From: an uncultured Thermoplasmatales archaeon
Lineage (GTDB): Archaea > Thermoplasmatota > SW-10-69-26 > JACQPN01 > CAZDGP01
NCBI GenBank assembly: GCA_964505085.1
Contig: CAZDGP010000001.1
Coordinates: 93,292-138,225, forward strand
Direction: 5' to 3'
Length of the DNA: 44,934 bases
Below the pieces are notes generated by a model. It searched no databases. It saw nothing but the letters and a program-made list of their open reading frames with translations, and was not told the DNA's origin. This document shows positions 23,934-34,000 of the stretch, piece by piece (the stretch's first letter is position 1; each line of letters starts with the position of its first letter). The translations under genes were made by a program, and so were the position numbers.

Positions 23934-26900
23934 CTCCGGGTGACGACGGCGCCGACGGCCGCGGTGAGGACGAGGAGGAGGAAGCCGGGGCCGGGAACGT
24001 TGGCTTCGGAGGGGAGCTCCACGACCTTGGCGTTGTTCGTCTCGTCCGTCTCGACGAACTCGTTCCTGTGGTCCAACGCCACCGTGAGGTTGTCCTGCAC
24101 CTCCACCACGGTCCAGGGGATCTGGAAGAGGCGGGTCTCACCCGGCGGCAGGCTCTCGAGGGTGAGGTTCCTCACGACCTCACCATCCACCAGGATCGCG
24201 AGGTCCACCCCGTTGGCGGGTACGTTGCCGTCGTTCACCACCGTCACGGCCAGCCTCCCGGGTTCTCCGGGGGTGAGGTCCCGGGTGATGCTGCGAACCT
24301 CCTCGATGCGGAGGTCGCGCTTGATCCAGTTCGCGGCGAGGTCGAAGCTCTTGGACTCCCCAAGGGGGAGGTCCGCGTCCACGGTCCACACCACCGAGCT
24401 CGAACCCATGGATGCGGGGGCCTCCAGGAGCACATCGACCTCGATGGTCTCCCCCGGTGCGAGGTTGACCGTGCTGCGGGACCTGTTGAGGAACGTGGCG
24501 CTCCAACCATCAGGTACGTCCAGGGTGAGCCTGGAGGAGAGGTCCACGTTCCCGACGTTCGTTACGTTGAGGGGGACGCGGGTCCCGCTTCCGGGTGGTA
24601 CCAGGGTGAGGTCGCTGGGTGGCGTCACCTGCAGGTTGGCTCGGCGGGCCACCTGGATGGTGGCGTTGAACTGGTGGAGACCCCGTTCGCCGTCGGGCGT
24701 CTCCATGAAGAAGCTGAACGTGACGTTGTAGGCGCCGCTCTCGGCGCCGCTGGGCACCTGGAGGTCCCCGGCGACGCTCACGGCATCGCCGGTGTCGAGG
24801 CGCCGAGTGGCGAGGGGTGTCGTCTTGTCGAAGCTCCATCCCGGGGGGAGCCCCGTGACGTTCATGCGAAGGTCGAAGGGTCCGTTGGCGGCGTTGGAAG
24901 CCGTGAACCGGTACGTGAAGTCGTCACCGGGCAGAAGGCTCCGGGGTTGGACGCCCCGGAGGTCCAGGGTGAAGTTGTTCCCGACGACGGCCCGGACGCG
25001 GGTTCCCGCCTCCGCGCTCGTCCCCGAGCTCGTGGAGCTCGTGGCGGTGATGCCGAGGTCCATGATCTCTCCCACAGGGGCGTCGTCGCCAGCGGTAAGG
25101 GTGACGTTCACGACGCGCACGTCCCCGGGTTCACCCTGGGCGTTCCGCGTGCCGTTGGCCCGGAGGAGGAAGCTCTCGGGCTCGGGGGTGACGCTCCAAC
25201 CGGGGAGCCGGAGGGGGCTCGTGCCCATGGTGACCACGGTGTCGTCCCCCTCGTTCACCACCTCCACCTGGAAGGTGGCGTTCTCGCCGGGGAGGATGGG
25301 CAGGCTCGTCTGCTGGGCGCGGATGCTGAACTCCGTGTTGAGATCCGGCACGGTGGTGGCCACCACCTGGCTCCGGGCGCTGTTGTCCTTGACGCTGATG
25401 GCCTGCACGGCGGCCTCGCAACCGAAGCCGAGGCTCGAGTCGCCGGTGCTCGTGACGTTGAGGAACACGACGCGCTCCTCGTTCCGGGGGATCGCCACGC
25501 TACCCTCGCTCGTGTCGGGGGTGGCAAGGACCGAGCCGTCCGCGGCCTCCACACGGGTATCGTACCCGAAGCGGCTGCAGTCGCTCACGGTGAACTTGAA
25601 CGCGTCGTCGCCGGTTCCCGTGTTGTTCACGAGGATGGCGTACGTCGTGGACTCACCGCTCTCGACGAGGCGCTCGATGCTCTTGAGGTTGTTGGCGCGG
25701 AACACGGTGTCCACGCTGTGGCGGGTGCGCACGGCCACCTGGAGCTCACTCTCCGCCGTCATCTCGGGGTTCCCCTGGCTGGTGGCCGTGAGGTTCACCT
25801 GGAGGGTCTGGCCGGTCTCGGCCTCCTCCGGCACCTCGATGACGAGGGTGACGCGACGGGTCTCGAAGGTCTCGACACCCGCCTCGAAGGTGCTGGAGAG
25901 CGTCACCGGCCACTCCCGGCTGCTGTTGAGCTGGAGCACCACATCGTCGGGGAGGTTCCCCTTGCCCACGCTCCGGCCCAGGTTCGTCACGTCGAGACCG
26001 ATGCGCCGGTCCTCGCCGGGGGCCAGGGTGAGGGTGCGAAGGCTCTTGCCCCACCGGATGAGGTTCCCGTGGAACTCCCCTTCGCCCACGTGGTACACGG
26101 GGGACCGGGTGGCGGAGGAGAAGTACGTGCTCGTACGCCCGTTCCCGTCGGAGAAGTTGGGGCTCACGGTGTACACGAACACGGGCTTCGAGGACTCCAC
26201 GCGGTACGCTCCCGGTCCGGGGAAGAGGTACCCCGAGCCCCCGCGGTCCTCCTCCAGGAACCGGTGGCGGTTGATGGTCTCGTTGAAGACGATCTCCCCG
26301 GTGTCGGTGTCCCGCACCATCACGTGGGTGCGGTCGAAGGCCGGGTAGACGACCATGCGGTGGTTGTCGTCGGCGGTGCCGCGCATGGGCACCTCGAAGG
26401 TGGTGCCCTGGACACCGCCCCAGGGCACGACACCCTGGTCGGGGTCCAGGACCACGCTGAAGTCCCCGTCACCGATGAGGCCGAAGGTGTTCCCCCAGCT
26501 GGAGCTCCACGTGTTGAAGTCATGCATGTCCAGGAGCCAGGGGTCGTGGGGTGCCGGCGCCACCACCTTGGTGCTGCTCACGGAGGCGTCCGCGGTGTTG
26601 TACGCCTGCACCTCCACCGGTTCCTCGCCGCTGGCCCAGGCGCGGAACCCGTAGTACAGGGGCGAGTAGAAGGTGTCCCCCACGGGGGACCCGTAGGCGC
26701 TGGGCACCTGGACGCCCATGTTGTCGCGGGTGCCTGCCTGGGCCACCGCGATAGGGGTGGTGGAGGACATGAAGACGGGGGATCCCGCGGGGATCCGGAG
26801 GTGCTTGGCCTCACCGGGGCCGAGGACGAAGGACTCGCCGCCGTTGCTCCATCCTGCGTTGACGCGGGCCCGCTCCTGGGTGGCGATGACGTTCACGTCG

Positions 26901-28075
26901 AGATTCGCCTTGCACACGCCCACGTCGGGGCGCTGGAGGGAGCGGAAGCGGTACTGCGTCCCCACGAGGCCGCCATCCTCGCTGGGGTAGAACAACCCGT
27001 GGGGGCAGTCCTTGAGGCTGCTCGGGGTGGGTCGGAGCGCGGTGTACACGGGTTTGTCCGCTCGGACGTAGAAGTGGAAGGGTTGGTCGGCCTTCACCCT
27101 GACCGTGAGGGTGTCGCTGCTGTCGCCCATGGGTTGCACCTCGAAGGTGGGGGCCTCCGTCACGTCCCCGAGGGTCTGCTCGTCGTTGGCGTCGACGCAG
27201 GCGCCCACGGAGCTCGAGGTGCACCGCTTGAGGGCGGTGGGCTCCAGACCGCTGTGCGTGTACCGGTAGATCTGCACCGCGGTGTCGTCGTAGAGCCCGT
27301 ACACGTCGATCTGGGGTTGCGAGCCGGTGCCGGAGCTGCTGGGATCCCAGGGTGCGTACCCGTAGATGTCGGTGCCGCGACGGATCCAGTACAACCCGTT
27401 GAGGTCCCCAAGGTTCTCGGCCGACGTGTCGGGTTCGGGCTTGTCCCCGTTCTCCTCGATGTCGAAGTACACGAAGTAGAGGCGGTCGGTGTTGAACTCC
27501 CCGTTCACCGTCCAGGTGACCGTGCCCACGGCGTTGGCGTGAGGGTCGAAGCGGTCGTTCCGGTTCTCGGGGTTCTCGAGGAGCGTGGGGGTGAAGATGC
27601 TGGGCACGAGGGTCGAGCGGTCGGGCTGCTGCTTGATGGTGCCTGAACCGCGGTCGTACTCCACCACGCGTACGCTGTCCTCGTCGAAGGTGAAGCTGTT
27701 CAGCGCGCCGGAGACGTCCTGGGGCCAACTGCGGTCGGGGTCGTCGGCGGACCGGCGGATGGCCTCGGTGAAGTCCACCTCCACGCTCACCGTGAGGTCG
27801 GGGATCCCCCGCGTGTCGGCGAACCGTCCCTCCACCACGGCGTCGGGGAACCGGGGTTCCAGGTGGACCGGGACACGCATGTGCCACCCGTCGTTCCACC
27901 ACTCGTACGTGACGCCGTCCTGGAGGACGTCCGCGTCCCCATCGTCCGTCCCGCTGGTGGTCTGCGCCGCCGCAGGGAGCGGCAGCATGGGCGTGACGAG
28001 GACCAGGACCAGCACGAGGACGGGCAGGGTGGTGCGGAACCCTCGCGTCAGGACGTCCACCTCCGGCGAAGGCAT
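23918..28075 (-). CDS. giant envelope protein C: signal peptide, ~640-aa unclassified region, CARDB/NEW3-like array, PGF-CTERM-like end
   Basis: 1385 aa from ATG 28075; the alternative start is GTG 28060. The signal peptide is MPSPEVDVLTRGFRTTLPVLVLVLVLVTPMLPLPAAAQ. The gene overlaps the end of protein B by 28 nt. The upstream part of the 28273 ORF is Arg/Gly filler read through the end of gene B. Confidence 0.88.
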   Translation of the reverse strand: MPSPEVDVLTRGFRTTLPVLVLVLVLVTPMLPLPAAAQTTSGTDDGDADVLQDGVTYEWWNDGWHMRVPVHLEPRFPDAVVEGRFADTRGIPDLTVSVEVDFTEAIRRSADDPDRSWPQDVSGALNSFTFDEDSVRVVEYDRGSGTIKQQPDRSTLVPSIFTPTLLENPENRNDRFDPHANAVGTVTWTVNGEFNTDRLYFVYFDIEENGDKPEPDTSAENLGDLNGLYWIRRGTDIYGYAPWDPSSSGTGSQPQIDVYGLYDDTAVQIYRYTHSGLEPTALKRCTSSSVGACVDANDEQTLGDVTEAPTFEVQPMGDSSDTLTVRVKADQPFHFYVRADKPVYTALRPTPSSLKDCPHGLFYPSEDGGLVGTQYRFRSLQRPDVGVCKANLDVNVIATQERARVNAGWSNGGESFVLGPGEAKHLRIPAGSPVFMSSTTPIAVAQAGTRDNMGVQVPSAYGSPVGDTFYSPLYYGFRAWASGEEPVEVQAYNTADASVSSTKVVAPAPHDPWLLDMHDFNTWSSSWGNTFGLIGDGDFSVVLDPDQGVVPWGGVQGTTFEVPMRGTADDNHRMVVYPAFDRTHVMVRDTDTGEIVFNETINRHRFLEEDRGGSGYLFPGPGAYRVESSKPVFVYTVSPNFSDGNGRTSTYFSSATRSPVYHVGEGEFHGNLIRWGKSLRTLTLAPGEDRRIGLDVTNLGRSVGKGNLPDDVVLQLNSSREWPVTLSSTFEAGVETFETRRVTLVIEVPEEAETGQTLQVNLTATSQGNPEMTAESELQVAVRTRHSVDTVFRANNLKSIERLVESGESTTYAILVNNTGTGDDAFKFTVSDCSRFGYDTRVEAADGSVLATPDTSEGSVAIPRNEERVVFLNVTSTGDSSLGFGCEAAVQAISVKDNSARSQVVATTVPDLNTEFSIRAQQTSLPILPGENATFQVEVVNEGDDTVVTMGTSPLRLPGWSVTPEPESFLLRANGTRNAQGEPGDVRVVNVTLTAGDDAPVGEIMDLGITATSSTSSGTSAEAGTRVRAVVGNNFTLDLRGVQPRSLLPGDDFTYRFTASNAANGPFDLRMNVTGLPPGWSFDKTTPLATRRLDTGDAVSVAGDLQVPSGAESGAYNVTFSFFMETPDGERGLHQFNATIQVARRANLQVTPPSDLTLVPPGSGTRVPLNVTNVGNVDLSSRLTLDVPDGWSATFLNRSRSTVNLAPGETIEVDVLLEAPASMGSSSVVWTVDADLPLGESKSFDLAANWIKRDLRIEEVRSITRDLTPGEPGRLAVTVVNDGNVPANGVDLAILVDGEVVRNLTLESLPPGETRLFQIPWTVVEVQDNLTVALDHRNEFVETDETNNAKVVELPSEANVPGPGFLLLVLTAAVGAVVTRRWRRW
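23921..23995 (-). other. PGF-CTERM-like tripartite sorting signal of protein C
   Basis: The C-terminus is V-PGPGF-LLLVLTAAVGAVV-TRRWRRW: a PGF motif, a hydrophobic helix and a basic tail. Codon positions were verified (VPGPGF = 23998-23981). Confidence 0.65.
24011..26038 (-). repeat. array of ~100-aa CARDB / NEW3-like beta-sandwich domains in protein C
   Basis: Residues about 680-1355 show repeated L-x-P-G-E...V-x-V-x-N-x-G...P-x-G-W-S...V-x-L-x-V motifs. The array ends in a clear CARDB domain (LTPGEPGRLAVTVVNDGNVPANGVDLAILVDGE...ETDETNN). Confidence 0.7.
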
Positions 28076-31000
28076 AGCGCGGCGGCCGCGAGGGCGATGA
28101 AGGCCCAACCCACGGGCAGGGGCACGGCACGTTGGGCGCCGGTGAAGACGCTCACGTCGCTGCCAGCCCCCACCACGAGCAGGTGGGCGTTGTTCCCCTC
28201 GTCCTCCTCCACGATACCCTCCCCGGGGTCCACCACCATGAGGAGCACGTGCTCGCCAGCCTCGGCGGGCCACGTGAACTCCGTGGTGGTGCCTGCGTTC
28301 GCGGCTACCGCGTCCAGGGTGCGGTAGTCCACGAGCTCATCGTCGACGTACATCCCCACCGGCACCTCGTCGCTGACGAGGGTGCCCACGTTCCGGATCG
28401 TCACGTTGAACGTGACGGTCTCTCCAGCCTCGATGTTGACCCGTGGCGACTGCTGGATGTGCGCCACCGTGAGGTCCGGCACGCCCACGTGCACCGTGGC
28501 GGACCCACGGAAGACCTGGTCGCCGCTCACGGCCTGCAGCACCGCATCGTGGGTGCCGGCGCCGGCATCCGCGGGCACCTCCACGGGCCAGGTGAAGCTG
28601 AGGTTCTCCCCGGGCTCAAGCCTGGCGCGGGGCCGGGGCAGGTCGGCGCTCCAGCCCTCGGGCACGAGGGCATCGAGGGCCGCGAAGGCCGGCGCGTTAC
28701 CCTGGTTGCTGAGCGTCACGTCGAGGTCGGTGCTGGTGCCGGGTCGGAGATGCACCTCGCCCGGGTCCACGGCGATGTCAACCACGGGGCGTTCCAGCAC
28801 GTTCACGCGCACCGGTGCACTGGTGTGGGCACCGGGGGAGGTGGCCTCGAGCGTGAGGTCCACGACCCCAGCCTGGGTGCGGGTGGGCACATCGAGGGTC
28901 ACGTTCACGGAGCGCGCCTCATACGGCTTAAGTTCCACGGGTTCGGCGCTGAGCCGCCAGGACGCCGGGAGGTTGCTGGAGTCCAGCGTCACCGTTGCGG
29001 GCCCGTTCCCCTTGTTCTCCAGAGCGATGGGGACGGTGCGCTCACCCGTGTCGAGGTCCAGCACCCGTCCCTCCACGTCCAACCCGTGGGTGCGACGCAC
29101 GTGGACGGGCACCACGATCGTCTCCGTCTGGGTGGTGTTGAGGCTCTGAGCCGTCACCGTCACGGGGTAGGTCCCTGTGGCGATGCGGGCCGGGGCACGC
29201 ACGTGCAGCGTGAGGTTCGCCGTGGTGCCGTTGTCCAGGTCGAGGCGGGCGATGGTGAGGCCGTTACGCTCCACGTGGGCGCGGATCCCATGGGGTGCAT
29301 CCACGCTGAGGTCCACGGAGTCCCGCACGTCCCCGCGGTTGCTGAGGTCCAGCTCCGTCGTGGTGACGGACCCCACGTCCACGGGCACCTTGTCGTCGGG
29401 CCCGTCGAAGGTGAGGCCCCGGGTGCGCACCTGCATGGTGCGGATGTCGAGGTTGTCCTCCTCCGTCTCCACGCGCTCGAGCGCCCCGCTCAGGGGGAAG
29501 GCCCGGGCGAAGACCCGGTACGTCCCGGGGAAGGGAGCAGGCCAGGTGGCCTCAAGCTGCACGGTCTCGCCAGGAGCGATGGGTTGCCCGAGGATGTGCG
29601 GGGGCGTCCCATCCAGGAGGTCCGCCACGCCCACCCGGAAGCTCACCTGCACGCCGGTGGCGCGGGCGTTGCCCCGGTTCGTGATCGTGGCGTTCAGGTG
29701 GACCTCGTCACCCACCTGGGGTTCCGTGTTGCTCACGTCCACGCTCACGCGAAGGTCGGGGAACCGGGCGGCGTCGAGGACCGCGGTGACGGTCTCCCTG
29801 TTGTCGTCCTCGTTGCTCTCCACGATGACGTCCTGGGGGTCCAGGATGGCGGTGACGTTGTGCGGTCCACTCCGGCTGGGCGTCCACTGGGCGAGGACGC
29901 TCACGACCTCCCCCGGCATGAGGCTGATGTTGCGGAGGGGCTCCCCGTCGAGACGCGTGAGGTTCACGGGTGCCACACCGAAGCTCGCGGGCATGGTGTC
30001 CACGATGTCCACGGGCACGTTGCGGGCGGGGGCGTCCCCCATGTTCGCCACGGTGGCCACGACGCTCCGGGGCTCCCCGGCGGGCAGGTCCACGTCGTTG
30101 GCGCGCAGGTCAAGCACCACGAGGTTCGGCCTGGGCGGGTACTCGAAGGAGAGGTCCACCTCCATGGTCTTCCGCACGATGGGGTTCGTCTCGCTCACGG
30201 CGGTGAGGGCGAGGTCCGCGATCCCCGTGGTTCCGCTCGCCTGCTGCACGGGCACGTGCACCTCCAGGAGGAGCTCCCGCTCCTCGCCTGCGGCCAGCGC
30301 CACGCGGTCCACCTCGTCCCCTCCGTGGGTGCGGACATGCATGTCCCAACTCTGGGGGATATCAACAGGGGCACCGCTCCCGTCCACGAACTCGAAGCGG
30401 TACGTGTCGTTGAACGCGCCGCGGTTCTCGATGCGGAACCGGTACGTCTTCAGCATGTCGTCCTTCACGGGAGCCTCCACGTCGGGCCCCAGCTCCAGGT
30501 TGTAGGGCGCAAGGACGATGTCGTCCACGCGCCACACGTCGATCTCGCCGTTGGTCTGCTGGGTCGTCTGCCCGTAGAACACGACGCAGAGGAACTGGGC
30601 GCCCTCGGGTGCGTCGGGGATCTCCATGGAGACGTGCTCCCACCGTTGGCGGTTGAGCCCGTCGCTCGTGGAGACGTCGTCCTCGTGGTGCTGGACGTAC
30701 CCGACGCGGTAGAGGCCGTTGTGCGTGTCCCGGCCGCCAGCGATATCCCCGTCGCACCCACCCTCCCCCTCGAGGGCGTACTCGTAGAGCACGGAGAGGT
30801 TGGCGTCGTCGCGGGAGAGCTCGTACTGGGTGTAGAACGTGAGAGCCACATCCTCCCGCCCCACATCGGATACGGGGAGCTCGGGGCTCACGAGCCACGT
30901 CTCACCGTCCCTGGGGTTGTCGTTGGAGACGCCGTCGGTCACGCCGGTCACAGCGAAGCTCTTGTAGTTGCTTCGGTTCTGGTTGCTGATGCTCCAACCG

Positions 31001-34000
31001 TAGCGGTACTCCTCGCCCCCCTGGGGGTTCGCGGGGCCGCTGGAGCTCCATCCGCCCTCCTCCCCCAGCTCGGTGCTGTTGCTCACGGGCTCCGCGATGG
31101 CGTACTCGCTGATGTAGTCGGTGCCGAGGTAGAGCCGCTTGGTCACGGGTTCGGGTTCACCGTCCTGAAGCTGCTCCGCGGTGACGCGAACCGTGTAGAG
31201 GCCATCGTCGATTTCCCGGAGCTGCTCCTCGGTGATCTCCCAAGCGTAGGAGCGTGTCTGGAAGTCCTCGCTGAAGCGGGTGTCGGCGGCCTCCACGAGG
31301 TCGTCGAAGGTGAGGTGCAGCACGGGCTCGCTCTCCCCCTTGGGGACGACGGAGAGGTTGAGGTACTGGAGGTCCCGCGTCTTGAACCCGTCGTTGAGGA
31401 TGCGCACGTCCACGTCCACGGGTTCGCTGCCGGCCTCGAGGTGGTTGGGGAAGACCTCCACGCGGTCGAGCACGAGGAGGCTGCCGGGCTTCACGAGGTC
31501 CTCGGAGATGCGCACGGTACGCTCGTTGTCCCGGAGGATGGTCTCGCCCTTGGCGAGGTCCTCGTCCACGAGCTCCACTTGGGCGTGGATCGTGTAGTTC
31601 TTGTCCGAGGTGGGTTCGAAGGCGAGGGTCTGGCCGCCGATGGCCTTCAGCGTCTCGGTGCTCTCGGGTGCCAGCCGGACCGTCTTGGGGCCCCATCTGC
31701 GCACGAGGCCCTCGTCGTCCTCCACGCGGACCTCCACCTTGAAGGCCGCTTCGCCGCCGGCCACATGCTTCTCGCCACGGTTCTCCACGCGCACCTGGAA
31801 CGGCACGGGTTCCCCAGCGGGCACGGGGTCCTCCCCGTTCACGCCGAGGATGCGCACGGCGGAGTTCACGTTGTGCTTGATGCCCGTGAGCTGGAGGTCG
31901 TGGACGGTCCAGCCCTCCCGGGTCTCGCTGGCATCGGAGCCCGCGCGGAGGCGGAGCTCGGCGAACTGCCCGTCGAGGACGTCGCCGGTGACCTGCACGT
32001 CGTCCACGGCCCAGAACCACGGGGTGAACTGGTTGTCGCGGAAGTGCGTGTTGAAGGAGGCATGGAACGAGAGGAGCACCTCGCGCCCGGCGAAGCGGGA
32101 GAGGTCGAGGGTGGACTTGCCCCACCTCGAGGTCTGCTCCCCAGTGTAGGCCGGCGCGTTGATCCCGTAGATGCTATCCCCCTCGGGATCGCCCTGGCGC
32201 CCTGCGAGGGTCGTGTGGGTGCTGGTGGCCGGGTCCTCGCTCCGGTTGAAGATCTTGCCGTCGTGACCGTCCTCGGGCAGGATGGGGATCCACGTCTTCC
32301 CATCGTCCACGCTCACCTCCACGACACCGCCGCTGGTGCCTCCGCCAGCGCCGAGGTCGTGGAAGTTGTAGCGGTGCCAGAAGCTGAGGTTGACGTTCCC
32401 CACGGCGCTCCGGAGGTCCAGAGGCGTCACGAGGCGCGAGCCCCCCGCGCGTTCGGGGTGGTCCTCGTCAGGTCCGAGGGCGACCCACATGTGGTCGTTC
32501 TTCTCGTCCGAGCACGCGGGCACGGTGTCGTCGTCCGTGCAAGTCACGGTACTGGACGTGTTCAAGCCCCAGATCTCCTCACCGTACTGGCTGCGCACGT
32601 CCCAAAGCAGGTGGTCATCCCCCGTGCGGAACTCCTGCTCCACAGAGGTGGAGTACCAGGAGCCCGTCCAGGGCCCGGTCTCCTGCTTCTCAGCGTAGTA
32701 GGGACATTGCTCGGTGCCGTCGTGGTCTGGATCACACTCCGCGCTGACGTTGTCCCTGATGAACCTCCGGTCCAGGTCCTCGAGGTCCGAGGACCAGAGC
32801 GTGTCCACGGCACCGCTGCCCTGGATCGCGCTCACGGCGACATCGTCCACGAACCACCCCATGTGGGGGCTCAGGGTATCCGTCGCCCACAGGGTGCCCT
32901 TGTCCTCCATGGCCACGTGGTGGACGAGGCTGAGGCGGACGTCCTCACCCTCCCAACCCAGGAGCTCCGCCTTGTCCACGGTGTAGACGTTCTCCGTCCA
33001 GCCGCGGTAGCTGTTGTCGTACCCGGAGCCCGCGAGGCGGTCGAGCGTCGTGCGAGGTTGCCCCTCGCAGCTCAGGCACACCAGGTAGGCCTCCACCTCG
33101 TTGGGCACCTCGGGCGGGACACGCAGGCTGGGGTCCAGAGACCCGATGATGCGGTAGTCCCAGAAGCTCACGCGGAGGGCCGCGGTGCTCTCCCTGGCGA
33201 GCACGGCCCCCACGTCCGGCAGCCCCTGTTCACCGTTGAGCGTGAGGTTGAGGTACCGGGCGGTCTGGAAGGTCTCGTCGGGAGCATCACAGGAGGCCGT
33301 GGAACCCCCGTAGGATCCGCTGGAGTTCTCGCTGGTGACGCGCCAGCAGGAATCGTGGGGAGCGATGCTGCGGTTGCTATGCCACATCTTCGTGCCGCTG
33401 TGAGGTCGGACGAGGCTGTACCCGAGGTCCCCGTTGTCGGCGTCGGTGACGGGGGCGTGCGTCCAGACGCCGCGGCGGGCGTCCTCGCTGCGGTTCACGG
33501 CGTCGGTGGCGTTCACGAGCTGGTCGTCGAAGATCGTGACCTCCTTGCTCACCAGCTCCGGCACGGCACCGAGGTCGAAGATGTCGACCACGGGCTCGGG
33601 CTCGTCGCCGTCGCCGCTCACCCCCGAGAGCATGCCGTTGCTCTCGTGGAGCTTGGCGCGGAGCGGGCTTCCCACGCTCGCTTCGTCGGGGTAGCCCACG
33701 CGGGCGTCCCCCGAGGCGGACTCGTTGCGGACGGGCGGCACGGGCTGCCAGGACTCCCCGCCATCCACGCTCACCTCGAGCAAGCCTCCGTCGTACCCGG
33801 CCTCGAACCCGTAGGTGTGGTTCACGGTGAGGATGGCGTTGCGCAGCGCCAGCAGGTTCATGGGTTCCCTGAGGTTCAGCACGGCGTCGGAGAGAGGCGG
33901 GTAGGAGGAGCCCGTGCCGAAGCGCCAACCGTCCTCGGTGAAGCTCCATCCGCCGGCCTCCGGCTGGAGGATGGACTCGAGGGTCTCACCCTCCTGGGGG

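Noticed and set aside
28076-28273. 66-aa Arg/Gly-rich leader on the protein C ORF.
   Set aside because: It is read through the C-terminal coding region of gene B in another frame. A typical signal peptide begins at ATG 28075.
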